Shown piece by piece: positions 11,457-26,016 of a stretch of 64,000 nt of DNA (within the stretch, counting starts at the first letter, position 1; every line of letters begins with the position of its first letter). The stretch is from Eledone cirrhosa. Taxonomy: Eukaryota. The stretch lies in NCBI GenBank assembly GCA_964016885.1, contig OZ024740.1, positions 349,308,001-349,372,000 on the forward strand, written 5' to 3'. A model generated the notes under the pieces. The model was not told the DNA's origin. It ran no database searches and worked only from the letters and a program-made list of their open reading frames with translations. The translations under genes were made by a program, and so were the position numbers.

Positions 11457-11981
11457 GTTCTCGTACAGATTGTCATTCTTCTCGTCAACTATATCTTAAT
11501 TGTGACTTCGGCACCCATCCAGATCCAATGTGAAATACCAACTGACCTAAAAGACCAATACGAGAGTTTATCTAGTGAAGACATCGGCAATAAATTCTTT
11601 CTACATGCTGAAATGGCTCCAGCAATAAATAACGATACAACACTGTCACGAGAGAATGAAACAAGTACAACACCTGCTGTTTCTTCTGATCTAGTCCATG
11701 AACGTTCAAAATGTCCTTGGAACCTGAAGATTATCCATGATTCAACAATCTTCCCTCCATCACGTACAGAAGTAGTGTGTCGTGGGGATAATGTTGAGTT
11801 CCCCGACAACAATTACCAATGTGAGTCAGTATATACTAAAATGACAGTCCTCAATCATACAGGTACATGTGATAATGGACTTTATGTGTATAGTCCAATT
11901 GTAATAAATGTGGCAACATCCTGTGTTTATGCACGGAAAGTTGATGTGATAACTAAGGGAAATAACGAGTATGAGCAATAA
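11457..11981 (+). CDS. IL17: IL-17-like cytokine, copy 2, main coding exon
   Basis: Signal peptide plus RSKCPW...EVVC...QC...VATSCV. Acceptor AG at 11455-11456, stop TAA at 11979-11981. Start-codon exon not resolved. Confidence 0.85.
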   Translation, partial: VLVQIVILLVNYILIVTSAPIQIQCEIPTDLKDQYESLSSEDIGNKFFLHAEMAPAINNDTTLSRENETSTTPAVSSDLVHERSKCPWNLKIIHDSTIFPPSRTEVVCRGDNVEFPDNNYQCESVYTKMTVLNHTGTCDNGLYVYSPIVINVATSCVYARKVDVITKGNNEYEQ

Positions 11982-12081
11982 AAGCAGTCATATTGAAAAT
12001 TATAAAACTGCGTTGTAACGCAAAATGTATTCATGATATGAAACATTCAGTTGACCACCATGTGGTTTTTGTTATATATAT

Positions 12082-12112
<31 letters not shown>

Positions 12113-12367
12113 GATAGATAGATATATAACCCCATATATCCTATATCCTTATCGTTTATTCTATTTCTTTCAATCTTAATTTTTACTTTTTAAACATCAC
12201 TGTTTCAAGCTTTACTATTCTTTACTATTTAATCTTAACTTAAAGGACTTTGTAATACATATTATATATATATTGTGATAACCTTTATATTGAAAATGTA
12301 TATTTTTATGAGAATATAAATATACTATATATTAATTGGTTTATAAAATAATTGTATTTTTATATTT

Positions 12368-12373
12368 AATAAA
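12368..12373 (+). promoter_or_regulatory. Candidate polyadenylation signal of copy 2, in an AU-rich 3' region
   Basis: AATAAA ~390 nt after the stop, followed by GT/T-rich sequence. A second AATAAA overlaps the stop codon (CAATAAAA). Confidence 0.3.
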
Positions 12374-12899
12374 GTTTGGTAAAAAATGTTCGTCTTTGAT
12401 CTTTTCTTTCTTTAATTTCTCTAAACTGTCCAAAACATTTATTGATTATGTTAATATTCAGGTAACATGTGTTACATTGTCAGCTGTGACATTGAGTACT
12501 TGATCCCGTGATTTTTGTTCAGTCAATGTATATACATATTTATTAATAATAATCTGCCTGAGTGATAATGATATTTACAACAAATTCCATATGAATTAAT
12601 CTTTTCATCTATCTGTCTATCTGTACCTCAATCTATCTGTTATTCTATCTGTCTCTATATCTATACAAACGAGTGTAATTATGTGTGCTTTTGTGTGGAA
12701 AAATAAACATAATCCACCCACACACACACACACACACATTCATATATATACCAATATCTATATCTATACCAATATATATCTCTATATATAAAACAGAGGA
12801 TGTCTGTCTGTCTGTGTAAATCCTTAAAACACGAGAAGTACCCGACTGATTTTACACATGCGTTACTTATCTTTCTTGAAGTGCAATGGGCTAAAAAAA

Positions 12900-13830
12900 A
12901 TAAGACGTAACTTAATGATAATCCAGCCGATTTTGCTCGAAATGTGCAATACACATTAGTTAGTCTCCTCGAATTGCTTTGGATTAAAAAAAGCGTATAA
13001 TATTTCGCTAAAAGTTTGGTTAAGTTAACAGAGGACACAACATTTACTTACTTTTAAGCAGGACCATATTCGGAGGATTGAGGAAATGAGGAGCACCTTA
13101 AAACTTTTGTCGGCTCCCTGTTGACGTTTCGTGTTTTCATCACGCGCAAATTCGCGCCCTGTGTAGATTGCCGTGTTATTGACACAGTAAAACTCACGTC
13201 TGTGCTATTTCTACTAATACTCCTTTTGTTGCACCTACACCGCAGAATGAACGCCCCGCGCAAGTACGCCGAACAGCGGTTGTGTTAATTCCACGGTGAC
13301 CCCCCACTTGAAATTGTTGATGTTGATCCCAATGGTAATTCCGAAGCGTTCGGCATCCGATATCACATTTCGGTCTATATCAGATCGGGTAGATTTACGA
13401 AGAGGCTATCGTCTCCTGTGGGGAGGGACCAACATGCTGTGCGGTTGGATGGCATGTCTTACTCAAGCATTGCAGGCTTTACTCTGTACAGTATGCATGC
13501 AGGTATAATAGACATAAATGATGATGTCTGTCCAGATGACTAGGTGCGAATCTATAAATCTCCAAAGGTACCTAACCGATTTTCTCCAAATGGAATAAAT
13601 CATACTCTAAGATTTAGTACGCTTAAAGAGTATCCAGCTGATTTTCTTCAGATTTTGCACAGATGTTTCACGATTCGGGCCTGCTGGTGTTCTACGTTTC
13701 CAGTAGACGAACAATCATTCCCTGAGAATAAAGGAATTGAAAATGTACACAGCTACATCCCTAAATCTTTGCGTTTCCTACCCCGTGCAACCCCGGCTCC
13801 TGCTGCTAATAAGCAAAGAGATATTTAACA
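12900..13830. repeat. Unclassified GC-richer interspersed repeat, probably a transposon remnant; partial copy at 5508-5836
   Basis: GC and CpG content exceed the flanks; present in all arms; no protein motif recognised. Confidence 0.4.
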
Positions 13831-14251
13831 TATATACTCACCAAAATTATTTATATAAATATTTATATAAATATCTTGTTGTAATATAATAAAGTAAATC
13901 TACTTACAACCTTAATCTTCATAAAATATACTTATAAATATTATCTATATAATATTATAACTCACGATTAGAATAGATCCAATAATTAGTACTATCTCTC
14001 AATTTTTAAAATTGGTATTCCACCACTTCAACACATTTATGATTCTCATATTATTTCATAGATATTACCAAAATATAATTATAATTAAATATATACATAT
14101 AATTATATCACTCTCTTTACACCATCACTGGCATGACCCTTATAGATATATTTTAATAATTGTTTCTACTTTTGGCACAAGGCCAGCAATTACCCAGTGC
14201 ATTATTGTTAATAATAATAGTGTATTTCTAACTATAATATACTTTGTGTAT

Positions 14252-14354
14252 AGTAGAGTACATGCACTGCTGGCACTCCAATGAAGGCCCGTATTGTGGA
14301 CCCGTTTTATTTTCACTTTCTTCATTGGAGTGCCAGCAGTGCATGTACTCTACT
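14252..14354. repeat. Perfect 35-bp inverted repeat with a 33-nt spacer (also at ~19425, ~39182 and ~44303)
   Basis: AGTAGAGTACATGCACTGCTGGCACTCCAATGAAG followed by its exact reverse complement. Confidence 0.92.
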
Positions 14355-14982
14355 TTACCTCACTTCATTGTATTCTGTTTTGGATGTAAGGTGTTTGTTG
14401 CAGACTGCCTCTGTGGAGAAATCCTCTATGCGTGTATTTGGAAATCTAGTGTTATATCGCCTAACGCTTGGAACTGGAACCAGTAGATAGAGGGTGGTGG
14501 CCGGATATGGATAAATCAACCTGTTACAAGGCGATACTACTGGAGTGCACCATCTTTCCTATAAACAATCCTGCCTGTAAAACTGCACCACATCTAACAA
14601 ACTTTTCTGTTTACTGACTCCTGTTTACAAGCTTTCATACTCTGCCTGTAAATCATGTATTTGCACTGCTTGTTTGTTTTTTGATCATGCTCAGTAACAC
14701 TCTCATTCATTTCTTGTTCTCCTCTCTCAACCTCCTTCTGATAAACTTTTGATGTAATTTTTTATGACATTATATGTATCATGTGTTGTGTGTTGCTCTA
14801 TACAGCGCTGGCTTGTCCTTTTTCTGGTGACTAGGCTCGATGGAGCCTGCAACCTTTGATATATTTTTTGTTTATAGGCTCCGATGATTCCTGTCCTAGG
14901 GTATGGATGAAACACTGTTAGAAAATAAAACAATGTATTTCTAAGCACTCTTTCGTTATTCCTAAACTTATACATAAATATA

Positions 14983-15074
<92 letters not shown>

Positions 15075-15122
15075 AGACGTAAGATAAGAAAATTATAAAA
15101 TTAACTTACTTACTAAAATATC

Positions 15123-15204
15123 ACTTCCAACTAATTAGTTTCTGGAATGGAGTAGATACATCTTCCGAAGAAGGTGTGGAGAAACATCCCGTCATCAGGA
15201 AAGT
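15123..15204 (-). ncRNA. Hammerhead, family C
   Basis: Reverse complement of 28024-28105. Confidence 0.72.
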
Positions 15205-15644
15205 CTATTCTCATATAAGTTTCCAGGCAAAGCGAGGACTGTGGAAGCTTATTAAAAAATAAATCAGTGAATAGGAAATAGCAAAGCGTGGACTTACTTC
15301 CTAGCCACTGAGAAAATCACTGCCTCTGTGTCTGTGGAAAATTCAAAAAGAATCGAACACGTGACATCGAGGTCAATCGGTGGAAAGTGGGTTGTTAATA
15401 AGACAGCGGCCAGCCTACTACCGTAGCAGCAGTCATGGCCAGTATTGCTCGACAAATATTTTGGAGATAATAATAAAGAATTTATATCTAGTAACATATA
15501 TATACATACAAATGCATATCGATGCTAGCAAATATATAGGTTTTGTCTTATTAACATTGTGGTTCAGTGCATGGGGTTGCAGAACAATAATATAAGAGAC
15601 GTAAGATAAGAAAATTATAAAATTAACTTACTTACTAAAATATC

Positions 15645-15726
15645 ACTTCCAACTAATTAGTTTCTGGAATGGAGTAGATACATCTTCCGAAGAAGGTGTG
15701 GAGAAACATCCCGTCATCAGGAAAGT
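15645..15726 (-). ncRNA. Hammerhead, family C (tandem, 522 bp from the previous copy)
   Basis: Identical motif. Confidence 0.72.
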
Positions 15727-16994
15727 CTATTCTCATATAAGTTTCCAGGCAAAGCGAGGACTCTGGAAGCTTATTAAAAAAAAAATATATATATATATTA
15801 TTGTTCTGCAACCCCATGCATTGAACCACAATGTTAATAAGACAAAACCTATATATTTGCTAGCATCGATATGCATTTGTATGTATATATATGTTACTAG
15901 ATATAAATTCTTCATTATTATCCCCAAAATATTTGTCGAGCAATACTGGCCATGACTGCTGCTACGGTAGTAGGCTGGCCGCTGTCTTATTAACAACCCA
16001 CTTTCCACCGATTGACCTCGATGTCACGTGTTCGATTCTTTTTGAATTTGCCACAGACACAGAGGCAGTGATTTTCTCAGTGGCTAGGAAGTAAGTCCAC
16101 GCTTTGCTATTTCCTATTCACTGATTTATTTTTTAATAAGCTTCCAGAGTCCTCGCTTTGCCTGGAAACTTATCACAACATCGAACACCTGTTGTGATAA
16201 TGGTTAGCAGCGATGTGTGTCAAATGGCTATTAAGATAAGTGTGAACAATTTGTCAGCATTTTCTATTCCGTTTACCAATATATAATAACTTGTGTGTTA
16301 CACCTCTATTCTTTTAACTATATATATATATATATATATATACAAGTTAATATAAATTAATATATATGATAAACACTAATACAATCATATGAGTGTTTGT
16401 ATTGCAAATGACCAAGTTAGCTAGATTGAAAAATACTAATTAGATTAATACAGTTTGCCTGTCTCGATTTAAAATAATAAATCAATAAAAACAAACCCAT
16501 ATTGGCAATAGCCGTGGTACTTGGAGTTCAACGAAATTCGCTTAGTCAGTTCACCCTCTTAGCCAATCAATGACCCATTTAGGCCTGTACCATAGTTTAC
16601 TGCTACCCGTCCCGTCTGTGGCAGTCAGCCGAAAGCCAGAGGGGATGGGAGAGTGTTAGTTTTTACAGGTCACAATACTACCTCTCACCAAGCACGGACA
16701 GTACGACTGACCATCAACTCCCAGGAGAAAATATACTTAATTCTAGGTATCATGGTTTTACATTGGAAGTTATGAGTGAGAGTTGGAAATAAAAATTAAA
16801 ATCGTAAATCAAAAATCAGAAATTATAAATTAAACAATTAAAAAATTAACAATTAGAAATTAAAAAATATTTCAAGTGAGAATCCGGATTGAAGTGAGTA
16901 AATAATGTGGAGAGAGATGTTTAAGTAAGAAGTTCTGAGAGGGGTTCCAAAGTCACAGTTACACTATCCACATATTGAACGATAGCGCCGTACA

Positions 16995-18824
<1,830 letters not shown>

Positions 18825-21658
18825 AGTTTAGGAATAACCAAAGAGTGCTTAGAAATACATTGTTTTATTTTCTAACAGTGTTTCATCCATACCCTAAGGC
18901 AGGAATCATCGGAGCAGGCTCCATCGAGCCTAATCACCAGAAAAAGGACAAGTAGGGGGGTCCCAAGCCAGCGCTGTATAGAGCAACACACAACACATGA
19001 TACATATAATGTCATAAAAATTTACATCAAAAGTTTATCAGAAGGAGGTTGAGAGAGGAGAGCAAGAAATGAATGAGAGTGTTACTGAGCATGATCAAAA
19101 AACAAACAAGCAGTGCAAATACATGATTTACAGGCAGAGTATGAAAGCTTGTAAGCAGGAGTCAGTAAACAGAAAAGTTTGTTAGATGTGGTGCAGTTTT
19201 ACAGGCAGGATTGTTTATAGGAAAGATGGTGCACTCCAGTAGTATCGCCTTGTAACAGGTTGATTTATCCTTATCCGGCCACCACCCTCTATCTACTGGT
19301 TCCAGTTCCAAGCATTAGGCGATATAACACTAGATTTCCAAATACACGCATAGAGGATTTCTCCACAGAGGCAGTCTGCAACAAACACCTTACATCCAAA
19401 ACAGAATACAATGAAGTGAGGTAAAGTAGAGTACATGCACTGCTGGCACTCCAATGAAGAAAGTGAAAATAAAACGGGTCCACAATACGGGCCTTCATTG
19501 GAGTGCCAGCAGTGCATGTACTCTACTATACACAAAGTATATTATAGTTAGAAATACACTATTATTATTAACAATAATGCACTGGGTAATTGCTGGCCTT
19601 GTGCCAAAAGTAGAAACAATTATTAAAATATAACTATAAGGGTCATGCCAGTGATGGTGTAAAGAGAGTGATATAATTATATGTATATATTTAATTATAA
19701 TTATATTTTGGTAATATCTATGAAATAATATGAGAATCATAAATGTGTTGAAGTGGTGGAATACCAATTTTAAGAATTGAGAGATAGTACTAATTATTGG
19801 ATCTATTCTAATCGTGAGTTATAATATTATATAGATAATATTTATAAGTATATTTTATGAAGAATTAAGGTTGTAAGTAGATTTACTTTATTATATTACA
19901 ACAAGATATTTATATAAATATTTATATAAATAATTTTGGTGAGTATATATGTTAAATATCTCTTTGCTTATTAGCAGCAGGAGCCGGCGTTGCACGGGGT
20001 AGGAAACGGGAAATAGCAACACGCATACGCAAAGATTGAGGAATGTAGCTGTGTACTTTTTGAATTCCCTTATTCTCAGGGAGTGATTGTTCATCTACTG
20101 GAAACACCAGCAGGCCCGAATCGTGAAACATCTGTGCAAAATCTGAAGAAAATCAGCTGGATACTCTTTAAGCGTACTAAATCTTAGAGTATGATTTATT
20201 CCATTTGGAGAAAATCGGTTAGGTACCTTTGGAGATTTATAGATTCGCACCTAGTCATCTGGACAGACATCATCATTTATGTCTATTATACCTGCATGCA
20301 TACTGTACAGAGTAAAGCCTGCAATGCTTGAGTAAGACATGCCATGTAACCGCACAGCATGCCGGGCCCTCCCCACAGGAGACCATAGCCTCTTCGTAAA
20401 TCTACCCGATCTGATATAGACCGAACTGTGACGTCGGATGCCGAACTCTTCGGATTTACGATTGGGATCAACATCAACAATTTCAAGTGGGGGGTCACCG
20501 TGGAATTAACACAAACGCTGTTCGGCGTACTTGCGCGGGGCGTTCATACTGCGATGTAGGTGCAACAAAAGGGGTATTAGTAGAAATAGCACAGACGTGA
20601 GTTTTACTGTGTCAATAACACGGCAACCTACACAGGGCTCGAATTTGTGCGTGATGAAAACACGAAACGTCAACAGGGAGCCGACAAAAGTTTTAAGGTC
20701 CTCCTCATTTCCTCAATCCTCCGAATATGGTCCTGCTTAAAAGTAAGTAAATGTTGTGTCCTCTGTTAAATAAAACAAACTTGTAGCGAAATATTATACG
20801 CTTTTTTTTAATCCAAAGCAATTCGAGGAGACTAACTAATGTGTATTGCACATTTCGAGCAAAATCGGCTGGATTATCATTAAGTTACGTCTTATTTTTT
20901 TAGCCCATTGCACTTCAAGAAAGATAAGTAACGCATGTGTAAAATCAGTCGGGTACTTCTCCTGTTTTAGGGATTTACACAGACAGACAGACATCCTCTG
21001 TTTTATATATAGAGATATATATTGGTATAGATATAGATACATATATGAATGTGTGTGTGTGTGTGTGTGTGTGGATTATGTTTATTTTTCCACACAAAAG
21101 CACACATAATTACACACATTTCTATAGATATAAAGACAGATAGAATAATAGATAGATTGATGTACAGATAGACAGATAGATGAAAAGATTAATTCATATG
21201 GAAATTGTTGTAACTATTATTATCAATCAGGCAGATTATTATTAATAAATATGTATATACATTGACTGAACAAAAATCACGGGATCAAGTACTCAATGTC
21301 ACAGCTGACAATGTAACACATGTTACCTGAATATTAACATAATCAATAAATGTTTTGGACAGTTTAGAGAAATTAAAGAAAGAAAAGATCAAAGACGAAC
21401 ATTTTTTACCAAACTTTATTAAATATAAAAATACAATTATTTTATAAACCAATTAATATATAGTATATGTATATTCTCATAAAAATATACATTTTCAATA
21501 TAAAGGTTATCACAATATATATATAATATGTATTACAAAGTCCTTTAATTTAAGATTAAATAGTAAAGAATAGTAAAGCTTGAAACAGTGATGTTTAAAA
21601 TGTAAAAATTAAAATTGAAAGAAATAGAATAAAGGATAAGCATATAGGATATATGGGG

Positions 21659-21712
<54 letters not shown>

Positions 21713-21802
21713 CAAAAACCACATGGTGGTCAACTGAATGTTTCATATCATGAATACATTTTGCGTTACAACGCAGTTTTATAATTTTCAATATGACTGC
21801 TT

Positions 21803-22327
21803 TTATTGCTCATACTCGTTATTTCCCTTAGTTATCACATCAACTTTCCGTGCATAAACACAGGATGTAGCCACATTTATTACAATTGGACTATACACAT
21901 AAAGTCCATTATCACATGTACCTGTATGACTGAGGACTGTCATTTTAGTATATACTGGCACACATTGGTGATTGTTGTCGGGGAACTCAACATTATCCTC
22001 TCGACACACTACTTCTGTACGTGATGGAGGGAAGATTGTTGGATCATGGATAATCTCCAGGTTCCAAGGACAAATTGAACGTTCATGGACGAGATCAGAA
22101 GAAACAGCAGGTGTTGTACTTGTTTCATTCTCTCGTGACAGTGTTGTTTCGTTATTTACTGCTGGAGCCATTTCAGCATGTAGAAAGAATTTATTGCCGA
22201 TGTCTTCACTGGTTAAACTCTCGTATTGGTCTTTTAGGTCAGTTGGTATTTCACATTGGATCTGGATGGGTGCCGAAGTCACAATTAAGGTATAGTTGAC
22301 GAGAAGAATGACAATCTTTATGAGAAC
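21803..22327 (-). CDS. IL17: IL-17-like cytokine, copy 3, main coding exon
   Basis: Same motifs as the other copies, intact 174-codon frame after the acceptor. Confidence 0.85.
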   Translation of the reverse strand, partial: VLIKIVILLVNYTLIVTSAPIQIQCEIPTDLKDQYESLTSEDIGNKFFLHAEMAPAVNNETTLSRENETSTTPAVSSDLVHERSICPWNLEIIHDPTIFPPSRTEVVCREDNVEFPDNNHQCVPVYTKMTVLSHTGTCDNGLYVYSPIVINVATSCVYARKVDVITKGNNEYEQ

Positions 22328-24373
22328 CTGCAATATATAAAATATTAAATCAAAGAGTGCTTCATAATTTTAATGTGACACTTATTCAGATAAACAAATC
22401 AGAAAATAGCAGTATACTTTAGAATTAAATCATAATACATAGAAATGAAAGCCACAGACATTTATTTACTATAGTGTGCTAGACGTATGATCATGAATGA
22501 TGTCAGGTAATGTGATAAGAAAACGTTTCGCTACAGTGTGTATATGAATAAAATGCATATATTTATAGAAAAATATATGAGAGATGTGCGATGGAAGTAT
22601 TATAACGGGAGAGGAAATAGATTAATGATATTACTGCCAGTAGGTTTACTACTGCTACATAACAAAGTGGTATGTTCCCCGTAGTTTTCGAACCTTCATG
22701 TAACATTTTAGAGGAAATAATACACTCGCTCATGAAACAAATATCTTTAGATCATCTCATTCCTTAGTAAATTTATAACTTGGAGTTGCAGAGTTAAAGT
22801 AATGTCTCTGTATAATTACTTATCCATATAAATATTTCTACTTGTTTCGGATTAGTTGAGTGGAATGGTGTCATTATATAGACTGTTATATACTCCAATA
22901 TATATACTATACTGGCTGAGAGTTTAGAACATCTCACAGATTTCTTTAAGATCTTCGATTCGGTACTCTATTATTCCTTTCACGCTTTCGATAAATCAAT
23001 ACCGGTCCAGTACTGCTATAGATACTTTCCTCACATTTCTATCTCACTTCGTATCACAACAATGTATCACATTCTATGGAAAATATTGTATGTGATCAGA
23101 CCAAGTGATTAGATAGGCTCTTCTTAAAGTTAAAATATGTCCCAGAATACACTGTAAGTTATGGATAGGAAAGAAGGGAAGAAAGAAAGAGAGGAACATA
23201 GAAAGATTCAATCCTATATAAGAGCATAATTTCTAATTTCATACATAAATTACCAATCGATAGGATGCTATCAGTGATATAATTCTGCAATACATTTTAC
23301 CAATGTAACATTTAGAACCTAACTAACCTGTTACAATAGTTTCAGTATATTTATTATTTCTATGATTACTTTAGAACCTCATAATACTAGTATCGTATTT
23401 AACTACAATAGATGTATCTGTTTTTTGAGGCTAGCATTACCATTATTATAAGTTACATATGTTACGTGTTATCCCAGTTCAATTCTTACTGCATCTCATC
23501 TCTGAAATGTTCAGGTAAAGCTAATTCTTCTGATAACGTAGATAATAGTTTTAACAATATATTAACTCACAGTGAAAAATACATTAGATAACCCAACATA
23601 AACCTACATTAATATAAATTGAACATCTAATAGTAATCTGCAGTGAGGTAAAAAGACTAGAGATCCTACTGGGGTGCAATCGTATCTCTGATATTATATA
23701 TATCCTCATACATAATGACAGGTGCCAATTTACGTTATTTGGAGTAAACAGCATTTTTGTTAAATTTTACCTCATGAGTACACATATCTAAGTATAACCA
23801 CATAACTACATAAAATAATATATGAGATAGTAATATTAATTAATCGTTACTTACATTAGTTATCTTCATTATATTGGTTTGTTTACTTGGAAATGGAAAA
23901 TATGAAGAAACCGTGAGATATTTTACAAACGAGACGTGTGTTTGTTCAGTTCCCAAAGTGATAAACGTTTGTAATGAAACCAATGGTGAAAGGACTTATA
24001 TATATATATGAAGGACCGGTAGCGGAATTGACATCAAACGTTAGTCATAATGTAATGCAAATTATTGAAAACATTTATAAATATATAGAGACGGAACTAT
24101 CAACAATACGGGAAAGTTTACATCCGATGAGGTAAAGTTGAAGTACTTGTATCATTTATTGGAAATATACATATTTATAGTATCCTAAACAATATGGAAC
24201 TTAGTGGGGCATGTTTTCAAACATGAATGAACCGTATAAGATATTTTAAATTATTATATCTGAGTCCGTACGGTTTCTCCCAAGTGTATATCATGCCATA
24301 TATTGAAATGGTAGACAGAGAGATATTTGAGGCGTTAGAATGTTTTATCTGGTAATAATTTACGGGAAATAAT

Positions 24374-24559
24374 TGTTTCTACATTTGGCACAAGGCCAGC
24401 AATTAACCAGTGCATTACTGGTACTTTATTTTATCGAGCCCGGAAGGATGAAAGACAAAGTTAACATTGGCGGGGTTTGAACTCAGATCATACAGGGAGG
24501 TAACTCTATGCTTCAAAGCATGGCGTCCGACCCTCTACCGATAATGCCAATCCACCGCC
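24374..24559 (-). mobile_element. Same SINE insertion in arm 2
   Basis: Reverse complement with the same TSD. Confidence 0.8.
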
Positions 24560-25479
24560 TTTACGGGAAATAATGTTCCAGTTTCAGATTAGGTTAGTCC
24601 TAATTTTCTCTTTTATTCATATGGTATCGATAATCTATATTATTTGTCAGGGAACGACTTCATTGACCATAGCTTCCCTCAATATATGTTATGGGGCCAA
24701 TGAGAGAATTCAAATATATTTCGATCGAACGTTTTAAGTATTCTAGAAATGTTGTGCATATTTTGCTATGTCAGAAATCTTTGTGAAATCTACAAATCGA
24801 ATGCTCTAGTTATATCACACCTATGCCCTTTGAGGAAGCACATACTATATACAGTCCCTTTTATGCAATATACTTCATGTTAATTTTGAGGAAAAGGATA
24901 TCACGTGACAGTACATCAAAGTAAGTTCACAGTTTTGAGAAATAGTTTAAAAACAAGAGATATTTTGCAGTACATTATTTCAATGTCGGTAATAAATAGC
25001 AACGATGTTCCCGGAAATAGTCGTGGCACCATAGTCAAAACATGAACGTTGCAATAATATTATTCAGGATTTTGGTCACCACACTTGAGACATTATGCTA
25101 GGTATGAGAATCTACTATAAAACGTAGATTTAAATTTTCATGTAAAATTTGTGTATGCAGTTTTATTTATATATATATGGGAATATATTAATTTACATGA
25201 ATTCATATACTTTTAAAAGGATGACCCAAGACACGCTTACATTTTCTCCAATATACTTCAAATTGAAAGTATAAAAAAAAAATAACGTAGAACAGGGATA
25301 CAGAACATAAATAAATAATCTAGAAGAAAAAGAGAAGACACGAAAAAGGTAGGAACGTTTTACCCAGTACTTTTTGCCAATGCCTTGTTGTTATATATCC
25401 ATGCATGATCTTACTGAATTTCACGAAGCAAAGCTTGTGTAAGAATACTTTTAGTTGTTAAAGAACACAATACTAGAAT

Positions 25480-25513
<34 letters not shown>

Positions 25514-25973
25514 GAAATGTTTGAGGACGCTGACGGCTGAGCAGGAATGACCCTGCCCAACTTTAAAATCTTCTCCCTTTACAAGTGCCCCGATTCCTTC
25601 ATTCAACAGCAAAGAATAAATAAAGAAAAATTATTACACACAGCCCATTACACACACACACACACTATCTCCCTCCCGCACGCACACACACACACATACA
25701 CACGCGCGCGCGCACACATAAACAGACCACACCAAATCACACCTACAAAAAAAACACACACACGTGTGTGTATTTTTACATATACACATACACACACACA
25801 CTCTAAAATCATATTCCAAAAATAGAATTTTTTTTACAAACCTACTGTTGCCAATCCCACAGAATTTTCCTCTAGTTTACAACTTCTCCCTCGCCTCCCC
25901 CATCTCAACTCTTGTCCAGTCCATTAACACAATTGAGATACACACATGTTTACAAAATATTTTTGATTACACT

Positions 25974-26016
<43 letters not shown>

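Larger units (their letters stand above)
7531..14990 (+). repeat. Segmental duplication arm 1 (contains IL-17 copy 2)
   Basis: Reverse complement of ~18815-26260 and direct copy of ~32335-39920; identical ORF fragments recur in mirrored order. Confidence 0.9.
15071..16172. repeat. 522-bp HHR-bearing repeat: ~1.4 tandem units plus an inverted partial unit (pseudo-LTR/retrozyme-like)
   Basis: TAAGAGACGTAAG recurs at 15071 and 15593; ~15795-16172 is the reverse complement of ~15215-15592. Confidence 0.85.

Noticed and set aside
14876-14925. Fourth hammerhead family (CCGATGA...GAAACACTGTT)
   Set aside because: The core is suggestive but stem I has only ~2 bp. It is probably a decayed remnant and was not called.
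15071-16172. CRISPR array or protein-coding repeats (67-117 aa ORFs)
   Set aside because: Units are 522 bp with no unique spacers, the context is eukaryotic, and the ORFs lack motifs and vary in length.
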